The notes under the pieces: generated by a model
Databases searched by the model: none
What the model saw: only the letters and a program-made list of their open reading frames with translations
Told to the model about the DNA's origin: nothing
Origin: Podarcis pityusensis
Taxonomy: Eukaryota
Length of the DNA stretch: 64,000 nt
Assembly: GCA_964106645.2 (NCBI GenBank)
Contig: OZ067042.1
Strand: one strand, 5' to 3'
Shown here: piece after piece, positions 52,797 to 61,195 of the stretch
Numbering within the stretch: the first letter of the stretch is position 1
Layout of the letters: every line of letters begins with the position of its first letter
Position numbers and translations under genes: made by a program

Positions 52797-53374
52797 CATC
52801 AGATGTTGTAATCAGCGTAATTTGACCAGGAGTCATGTGAAGACTGGATGAGAGCCAACAGACTAAAGCTCAATCCAGATAAGACTGGATGGGAGGTTGC
52901 CTGCTTTTGCTGACATTGCACTCTCTCTGAAGGAGCGGGTACACAGCTTAGGGATACTCCTGGGTCCTTTGCTGTCACTTGCGGCTCAGGTGGCCTCAGT
53001 GGCATGGAGTGCCTTCTATCGGTTTTGGCTGGTGGCCCAGCTGTGCCCCTATCTGGACAGGGATAGCCTAACTTCTGTTGTCTATTGTTTTGTTTTTGTT
53101 TATTGTGTATTTTATGTTGTGAACTGCCCTGTGGTATTTGGATGAAGGGCAGTATACAAATTTAGTAAATTTAAATAATATGCATTGGCATTCTGCCAGC
53201 TTTTGAAGACGCACTTTTGAGCTCTCAACCGAAGTCTCCTGTTTTAATTTTCTGCTGTTTTAAGGGGACTGCTTTACTGAAAGTTTCACTTACGAGTGTT
53301 TATACTTTAATGTTTCTGTAACTAATTTTATACTTTGTAAACAGTTTAAAAGCCTAGTTGAGTAATAAGTGGTG

Positions 53375-53405
<31 letters not shown>

Positions 53406-53406
53406 A

Positions 53407-53644
53407 CAGTGGTACCTTGGTTCTCAAACTTAATCCATTCCGGGTGTCCATTTGACTCCCGAAACAATTCAGAAACCAAGACGCAGCTTCCGACTGGCCA
53501 CAGGAACTTCCTGCACTCAAGCGGAAGCCACGTTGGACATTTGGCTTCTGAAAAATGTTCGCAAACCAAAACACTTCCAGGTTTGTGGCGATCGGGAGCC
53601 AATTTGTTCAACAACTAAGCCATTTGGGAACCAAGCTACCACTA
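53407..53644. mobile_element. Tigger-like MITE next to a (GTT)n tract
   Basis: TA|CAGTGGTACCTTGG...CCAAGCTACCACTA. Confidence 0.8.
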
Positions 53645-53909
53645 ATAATAATAATACTTTTATTATCATTGTACAACCTGTGTACAATGAAATTAAACCA
53701 CTGTATTGTTATTGTTGTTGCTGTTGTTGTTAATTCCTATGTCACACTTAGGTATTTCTGATTTGTTCCCTGGCCACTAGCTGTATGGATGTCTGTAAGG
53801 CACAATGAAAATCCCCCAAATTATATTTTCAACTCTTACTTGCATTTCTTTGGTTTTTCTGGACTGGACTTTTGTAAAATGACTTGCAAAGCAACTTTTT
53901 ATTACTATT

Positions 53910-54320
53910 ATTCATTCTTTATTAAATTTGTATACCACCCTTCATCCTAAGATCACAGGATGGTTCACAACATAAAAATACAAAATGAGGACACAAAATA
54001 CCTAAGAAAACAAACACACACCAATAACCCTCCTCCCACAAACCCGGTTAAAGGGGCATAGAATCTTAATCAGCCAGAGACCTGGTTAAAGAGAAACAGT
54101 TTCACCTGGTCCCTAAAGATATGCAATGAAGGTGCCAGGCGAGCCTCCATGGAGAGAGCATTCCACAAATGAGGAGCCACTGAAGAAAAGGTCCGTTCTC
54201 ATGTTGTCACCTTCTGGACCTCTCATGAAGGAAGCACATAAAGAAGGACCTCAGGTTATGACTGCAGTGTCAGTGTGGTTCATATGGGGAGAGGAAGTCC
54301 TTGAGGTATTGCAGTCCTTT
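53910..54320 (-). mobile_element. Degraded L2 3' end, about 40 nt upstream of exon 12
   Basis: Reverse complement of the family at 57264-57661. Confidence 0.65.
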
Positions 54321-54363
54321 CGATACACAGCTGTGCAGTAATCTTACCATTTTTATGTTGCAG

Positions 54364-54434
54364 GCCTGGCAGTACCTTGGGACAACACAAGCTGAGAATG
54401 AAAATGAGCAGGGAGCAATTGTTGCACTCCAAAG
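54364..54434 (+). CDS. PEX5L: PEX5L exon 12: AWQYLGTTQAENENEQGAIVALQR (TPR)
   Basis: ttgcag|GCC...CAAAG|gtaaat; 71 nt, phase 0-2. Confidence 0.96.
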
Positions 54435-54682
54435 GTAAATGGTGTTAATTGCTGCATAGAGACTCTCAGCTATAATTTTTAAAAATAATAATAATGAAGA
54501 AGTCAAGTTTCTAGTCCTTAAGGCAAGGAAGACAGACTTTAAAGATTGACCACAATGCCTGGTCCTTGCCCCTCCCCATCAAAACAAATTATGCAAAGTA
54601 TATGTAAGTTTGCTTTAATTTGCATGGGTGTGAAACTGTGGTGTGCCATATTTGAGCCACCTTGGTGCAGAAACAATTATTA

Positions 54683-54924
54683 CAGTGGTACCTCAGGTTA
54701 AGTACTTAATTTGTTCCAGAGGTCCATACTTAACCTGAAACTGTTCTTAACCTGAAGCACCACTTTAGCTAATGGGGCCTCCTGCTGCTGCCGCGCCACC
54801 GGAGCACGATTTCTGTTCTCAACCTGAAGCAAAGTTCTTAACCTGAAGCACTATTTCTGGGTTAGCGGAGTATGTAACCTGAAGCGTATGTAACCTGAAG
54901 TGTATGTAAGCTGAGGTACCACTG
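54683..54924. mobile_element. 242-bp Tigger-like MITE, copy 1
   Basis: TIRs plus TA TSD; AACCTGAAG internal repeats. Confidence 0.93.
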
Positions 54925-55589
54925 TATTAGTATTTAAGCTCACACAGCGCAGAGGCTTATGTATCCTTAAAAGGATCTGCAAAACTTAATCCGGTTTATT
55001 ACTGAATCAAGCAAATGGGAACGTGGGAAAAGGCAATGTCGTCCAGCAAACACAACCAAGGAACTCTGCAAACAGGAGGCCTGCTTGGTATTCCTGGCAC
55101 TTGCGCACTTTCTAAAAGTTTATCTCTTCATTAGAAGTGCTCCTTAATTGAGCTAAACTCAATCCGACAGCCGCATGTTAAGTATATGGTGATCGTTTCT
55201 GCTGCTGCCTCTGTTCCAGTACTAGGCAGATAACGGTCGTGCCACATTTTCTAATGCTAGTTATTATTCTCTGCTTGTGCTCAGAAAGTTAGCTGCGTCA
55301 TATTCATTTTCTCCTCACACTGAGTATATACTCTCCAAACCTAATGATATTAGCTGTGTTAATAAGCTAATCCGTTTATCTAACAATGCTTCCATTACTG
55401 TAGCCCTTTCACAGGTTCCCTCCCTGCATACAATAAATAAACTGGCGGGGGGGAGGGGTGGGAATCAACCATGCGCATGACTCCTGCACCCCAACACCAC
55501 CAAAAAAACTTCCATTTACAAAAGGGGCTTGTAGGCTTGTGCAGCACTGGATACAACCCTGCTGAGTTTGTAATGTTTTGTATTCTATC

Positions 55590-55901
55590 CAGTGCTTTTT
55601 TGCTACAAAAAGAGGTGTCGGAATTCACCATGAATGCCTCCCTTGTTCATATATATATTATTAAGTTTCAACGATTTTTAACATATACAGTCAAAACACA
55701 ATTTCGTCTTTTTTTTGTCGACTTCCCACCCCTTTTCCCGTAGAGCTGTTATTTCCCCCTTCTGCTGCACCCTATCTTCTATCAGATCATAGCCACAATA
55801 TTACAATCGCCTCCCTTATTCTCTTATAACGGCAATGGTGCCTACCTGAGAAGTTCCAGAACTGAGTTCCGGCAAATTCTGGCTGGGGGAAAAAAGCCCT
55901 G
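55590..55901. mobile_element. hAT MITE (same family as 18793-18915) with an internal retroposed insert at 55649-55808
   Basis: 8-bp TSD attctatc / gttctatc; the insert has a 13-bp TSD gcctccctt(g/a)ttc. Confidence 0.85.
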
Positions 55902-55922
55902 GTTCTATCTTATTTTACTGTA

Positions 55923-56164
55923 CAGTGGTACCTCGGGTTAAGTACTTAATTCATTCCGGAGGTCCGTTCTTAACCTGAAACTGTTCTTAACCTGAAGCAC
56001 CACTTTAGCTAATGGGGCCTCCTGCTGCCGCCGTGCCGCCGGAGCACAATTTCTGTTCTCATCCTGAAGCAAAGTTCTTAACCTGAAGCACTATTTCTGG
56101 GTTAGCAGAGTCTGTAACCTGAAGCGTCTGTAACCTGAAGCATATGTAACCTGAGGTACCACTG
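55923..56164. mobile_element. 242-bp Tigger-like MITE, copy 2
   Basis: TIRs plus TA TSD. Confidence 0.93.
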
Positions 56165-56725
56165 TATATCACTTTTGGTTGTGAAGTGGTTTATAAATCT
56201 GCAAACAAACAAATAAGCAAACAAAGCCATCGCAGCATCCATCCCAGGCTGGATAGTCATATCATTTGACCTTACGATGCCCAATTTGGACCCCAGTGAA
56301 TCGCTAGGATGCATCTTCTGATTCCAGTGGTGATGCTGAGGTCAGCAGTTGTTATGTGAACTTCACTGCCTGCCACTAGAGGTGGTTTTTAGGAACCAAG
56401 GATAAATGGTTAAGCCAAGTCTGAAATCCTATGTATACTTAACAGGGCATTCCAAATTATGTCTACTCAGTCCTACTGAAGTCCATGCACCTTACTCCCA
56501 GCTAAGTGGGGTTAGGATTGCAGCCAAAGTCTGCAGACTGGGACTTTACTGCCAAGTAAACCTGCATTGTTAATTATAAACAAACCAAAAAATAATAAAT
56601 GTCTAATTATTTTGTTAGCAAAGTCTTTTGTTGTCTCAGCTTAAGTGTTGCATTCAAATTATCAGGACTTATGCCAACGCATCGAGAGGGATCTAACTAA
56701 TACGGGTTTCCGCTATTCTGTTCAG

Positions 56726-56923
56726 GTGCCTAGAGCTCCAGCCAAACAACTTGAAAGCCTTGATGGCCTTGGCTGTGAGCTTTACAAACACCAGCCATCA
56801 GCAGGAGGCTTATGAAGCGCTAAGAAACTGGATCAAGCAGAATCCTAAATACAAGTACATCGTCAGGAGTAAAAAAGGATCCCCAGCGCTTACCAGGAGA
56901 ATGTCCAAGGCAGCAGAAGAAAG
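56726..56923 (+). CDS. PEX5L: PEX5L exon 13: CLELQPNNLKALMALAVSFTN...RRMSKAAEES (TPR and hinge)
   Basis: gttcag|GTGC...GAAAG|gtaaca; 198 nt, phase 2-2. Confidence 0.96.
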
Positions 56924-57004
56924 GTAACAGAAGGTCTGATAAATGGGCATTACGAAATAGATTTGGGATTTCTTAAAAGCAGTCACAGTAATTTAAGAAA
57001 GTCA

Positions 57005-57140
57005 TGTGGTCTCCTTCAGATGTTACAGCCCTGTTTAGGGAAGCTTTTAATATTTGATGAATTATTGTATTTTAATATTTTGTTGGAAGTCGCCCAGAGT
57101 GGCTGGGGAAACCCAGCCAGATGGTCGGGGTATAAATAAG

Positions 57141-57187
<47 letters not shown>

Positions 57188-58251
57188 ACTGGACTAAAAC
57201 TCCCATCATCCTAGACCAGACTTTCTCAACTTTGGGTTCCCAGATGTTGTTGGACTACAACTTAAATGGCTCAGGACTGCAATACCCCAAGGATTGCCTC
57301 TCCCCCGAACCCCAAGATCATCCTCTGAGGCCCTTCTTCATGTGCCTCCTCCACAAGAGGTCTGGAGGGTGGCAACACAAGAACAGGGCCTTTTCTGTGG
57401 TGGCTCCCTGTTTGTGGAATGATCTCCCCAGGGAGGTTTGGTTGGTGCCTTCATTATACACTTTTAGGCGCCGTGCAAAAACGTTCCTTTTCAACCGGCC
57501 TTGGGCTGATGGACATCCCTTTTGAACATGTTGTGGGAGGGGGTAGGGGATTTTGGGTTTGTTGTTATTCTTATTTTTACTATGCATTTTGTGGGGTTTT
57601 TAATGTTGTGAACTGCCCTGAGATCTGCGGTTGATGGGCGGCGTACTAATAATACTACTAATACAACTTCCACCAATGATGGCACTTGGGGTCTCATATT
57701 TCAGCGGCGTCCTGTGCGATGCCAAAATTCACCCTTCCCCATCTCACCTTCCATTCTGCATCATAGTTGTGGCACCCCCAAGGCTCTGCGCCCAATGTGA
57801 CTGAATTCATCCCACTCCCCTATACAGTGGTACCTCGGGTTAAGTACTTAATTTGTTCCAGAGGTCCGTTCTTAACCTGAAACTGTTCTTAACCTGAAGC
57901 ACCACTTTAGCTAATGGGGCCTCCTGCTGCCACCGCACCGCCGGAGCACAATTTCTGTTCTCATCCTGAAGCAAAGTTCTTAACCCGAGGTACTATTTCT
58001 GGGTTAGCAGAGTCTGTAACCTGAAGCGTATGCAACCTGAAGCATATATAACCTGAGGTACCACTGTATCCACCTCTATTTCCATCATCCATAGCCAGCA
58101 GGGGGAGCAGTCAGGGATGATGGGAGTGGCAGTCCAACAACATCTGGAAACCCAAGATTGAGAAAGGCTGTCCTAGGCCATTGGTCATACTGGCTGGGAC
58201 TGATGGGAATTCTACTCCAACATACATCAGGCACAACATTGACTAACCCTG
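57005..58251. mobile_element. Nested TE cluster (hAT MITEs, two L2 fragments, Tigger-like MITE)
   Basis: Split elements rejoin across inserts; TSDs tcctag(a/g)c and TACAACTT. Confidence 0.75.
57825..58066. mobile_element. 242-bp Tigger-like MITE, copy 3
   Basis: TIRs plus TA TSD. Confidence 0.93.
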
Positions 58252-58664
58252 AAATACATGCTTCCCCTGCAGTGTGAACTTGGCTTCACAACTTGTCCAT
58301 CCATGCAGTTTGAATGCTAGACTAGTGCTCTGTCCTACTTCTCCCCTTGCATGTCAGCTGACTACATCTTTGGATTTTTCATGAGAGGGTTATGTATGCA
58401 GATGCTTGTTCATCCTTTGCTTTACACAATCACACACTTGTCGATGGTTATAAAATGGCTTCACAGACGGGAGGAGGAGGAGGGAAGCTGTCATGCTGAT
58501 GTCATGGACGCTAGCCCATAGGTGCCCACCAAAACCAACATTTCACTGGTTCAATCTGACATATCAGAATTTGTAGATCTGGTTTCAGCAGGGTTCACAC
58601 ACACCCAAGGCAAAAAGAATGGACCATATGATTTGAGGGCCCGGGTGGCTGTTTCACAAACACT

Positions 58665-59029
58665 AGGTAAAGGTAAAGGGACCCCTGACCATTAGGTCCA
58701 GTCATGACCAACTCTGGGGTTGCGGCGCTCATCTCTCTTTATTGGCCAAGGGAGCCGGCGTTTGTCCGTAAACAGCTTCCGGGTCATGTGACCAGCATGA
58801 CTAAGCCGCTTTTGGCGAACCAGAGCAGCACACGGAAACACAGTTTACCTTCCCGCTGGAGCGGTTCCTATTTATCTACTTGCACTTTGAGGTGCTTTCG
58901 AACTGCTAGGTTGGCAGGAGCAGGGACCAAACAACGGGAGCTCACCCCATCGCGGGGATTTGAACCGCCAACCTTCTGATCGGCAAGCCCTAGCCTCTGC
59001 GGTTTAACCCACAGCGCCACCCGCGCCCC
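58665..59029 (-). mobile_element. Sauria SINE, 57 nt upstream of exon 14
   Basis: Full body with (AAAGGT)n tail. Confidence 0.92.
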
Positions 59030-59086
59030 TACACCGCTCTTAAAATGTTACACTTGCCTTTGTCTTGTGCTGCTCTCTTCTTCCAG

Positions 59087-59252
59087 TTCACTGCTGGAAG
59101 AGGTGAAGGAGCTATACCTGGAGGGAGCCCATCAGAACGGAGAGATGATAGACCCGGACTTACAAACAGGACTTGGCGTGCTCTTCCACCTGAACGGAGA
59201 ATTCAACAGAGCAATAGATGCATTCAGCGCTGCCCTCACAGTTCGGCCTGAG
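59087..59252 (+). CDS. PEX5L: PEX5L exon 14: SLLEEVKELYLEGAHQNGEMIDPDLQTGLGVLFHLNGEFNRAIDAFSAALTVRPE
   Basis: ttccag|T...CCTGAG|gtaagt; 166 nt, phase 2-0; ORF 59067..59276. Confidence 0.97.
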
Positions 59253-59690
59253 GTAAGTTTTACACTTTTGCATTAACAGGCTTTTGACACTCTCCTCTTT
59301 TGTCTGTTCTTAAAGTCAGGCCTGCATTAATGAGCTGTCACTCCTGCCATTAATACTCTGGTGCCTGAAATAGAAATATTAATTGCAAGGAGAGAGTCCC
59401 ATTTTCAAGAAGTTCTATTCCTGCCCCATTTCTGACTGGCCTGCAAATGAATCAAAGTTGTTTTATAGGGAGTTATCCACAGCTACGAGACATGTTCTCA
59501 TGTTCTATGCCAGTTAATGGAGAAGGCAATTAATTCCAATTCCACCCCCTTCACCCTCCACTCCACCAGTCATTAATTTGAGGCTGCTGGCAAAAAGAGA
59601 GAAAGAGAAAGCTATACAGGGATATATGTACATAGCTATATACGTACAAGGATTGCACTAATACTAGAAAGCTGTTGTTGTGTTTGTCAG

Positions 59691-59848
59691 GATTATTCAT
59701 TGTGGAACCGTCTCGGTGCAACCTTAGCAAATGGAGATCGGAGTGAGGAAGCGGTAGAAGCTTACACAAGAGCACTGGAAATCCAGCCTGGCTTCATCAG
59801 GTCCAGGTACAATTTAGGAATAAGCTGCATCAACCTTGGAGCATACAG
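59691..59848 (+). CDS. PEX5L: PEX5L exon 15: [53 protein letters not shown]
   Basis: tgtcag|GAT...TACAG|gtgaga; 158 nt, phase 0-2; PEX5-family [11 protein letters not shown] signature. Confidence 0.97.
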
Positions 59849-60990
59849 GTGAGAACAGTTCAGCCACCCTTTACATGGAACAGCCGGTTCTTCCCATAAT
59901 TCTATAGTGGGACCATGAAATGAGTCTCGAATGGGGCCATGCGAACTGGAGGAGGGTTGATTTCCAATGGCTGGAGTTGCTAGGTGACCAGGAGCAGAGA
60001 AAGGACCACCCAATTGGTGTCTACCCTTTATGGTCTCACGTTTGCCACTTGGGGACACAAGTTGTTTTATTTCCACCTACACCAGGGGTGGGGACCCTCC
60101 AGATGTTGTTGGATGGACTCCTCTCCCATCAGCCTCAGTCAGCATAGCCAATAGTCAGGAGTGATGGGAGCTGTCTTCAAGCAACTTCTGGAGGTCCACA
60201 GCTTCCACATCCTGGTCCTACAGCCCACCTGCCATGCTGCTGGCTGTTTTGCTAGCTTATGGCTCAAAGACTGATGTCTAAAGAAGGAATGGGGGTGTGT
60301 TCTTAGCTCTTTTCTGAATACTTGTAAAAATGAGTTCAAATGAGCCTGGTTCCAGAGGTTTGGGAGATTGCTTCTCTTCCCCACCTGGTTATGGTCCCCT
60401 ATATTTGAGTAGTGCTTCTCCATCAGATCTCCAGTGCAAATTGTGGCTCATGTAAAGAGGGACACCCTGATAGATAACCCAAAGAGAGCAGGTTTTTCCT
60501 GTGTGCCGATTAGAAACACAGGGATCACTGCTTCCAGACACAACCCATGAAGGCCACGGGAAATGGGAGGTCATGCATCACCCTCAGAAGAAATGGCCTT
60601 TCCCCCAAGCAAGGGCTTCTCATTTTCATAACATGCCATTACCCTGCAAAGCTGGTAGGCCAGAGTGTACTAGGTCTCCCTTGGTGGAAGAAAGGTGTCT
60701 TAAACTCAGAATGCATGGGGTGGCATTTTCTTAGACTTATGGGCAGTGGCAGTGGCAGGGCTCCGGATATTTCCAGATATTAGACTGCAACTTCCATTAG
60801 CCATATTGGGTGGGGCTGATGAGCCGGACCAATTTTGTTTTAAAGGGATTGCATTACCTGAGGTGATTCAGGAAAGAAGTGTAGAAAAATGAGATCGCTG
60901 AATATGATTGATGACAAATTGCTGCTTCGGATTCTTGTTCTGCAGAAGTGTTGGCCCCAGTTTTTACATATCTTCTCTTCTACCCAACAG

Positions 60991-61195
60991 AGAGGCAGTC
61001 AGCAATTTCCTCACAGCTCTCAATTTGCAACGAAAGAGCCGGAATCAGCAGCAGGTTCCTCACCCTGCAATTTCAGGTAATATCTGGGCAGCTCTCCGGA
61101 TTGCTCTGTCTATGATGGACCAGCCAGAACTTTTCCAGGCCGCTAATGTGGGCGATCTGGACGTCCTACTAAAAGCTTTCAACATTGAACCCTGA
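60991..61195 (+). CDS. PEX5L: PEX5L last coding exon 16: EAVSNFLTALNLQRKSRNQQQVPHPAISGNIWAALRIALSMMDQPELFQAANVGDLDVLLKAFNIEP*
   Basis: caacag|AGAG...CCC TGA; ORF 60908..61195. Confidence 0.97.

Larger units (their letters stand above)
9846..61195 (+). other. PEX5L: PEX5L/TRIP8b coding span (exons 4-16 in TRIP8b numbering; 5' exons not found in window)
   Basis: 13 GT-AG exons join in phase into 605 aa + TGA. The product matches the recalled vertebrate PEX5L sequence, including ESRPLL, the EEEFE core and the TPR domain ending ...LLKAFNIEP. Confidence 0.97.

Noticed and set aside
54683-54924. Periodic AACCTGAAG units as a CRISPR-like array
   Set aside because: These are short internal repeats of a eukaryotic MITE, identical between copies, with no unique spacers or cas genes.
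61193-61195. UGA decoded as selenocysteine
   Set aside because: No SECIS element is recognisable and the UGA sits at the normal PEX5L C-terminus; kept only as the readthrough finding.
52040-61195. Calling the gene PEX5 rather than PEX5L
   Set aside because: The N-terminal exons match TRIP8b (ESRPLL, EEEFE) and lack the multiple WxxxF/Y repeats of PEX5.
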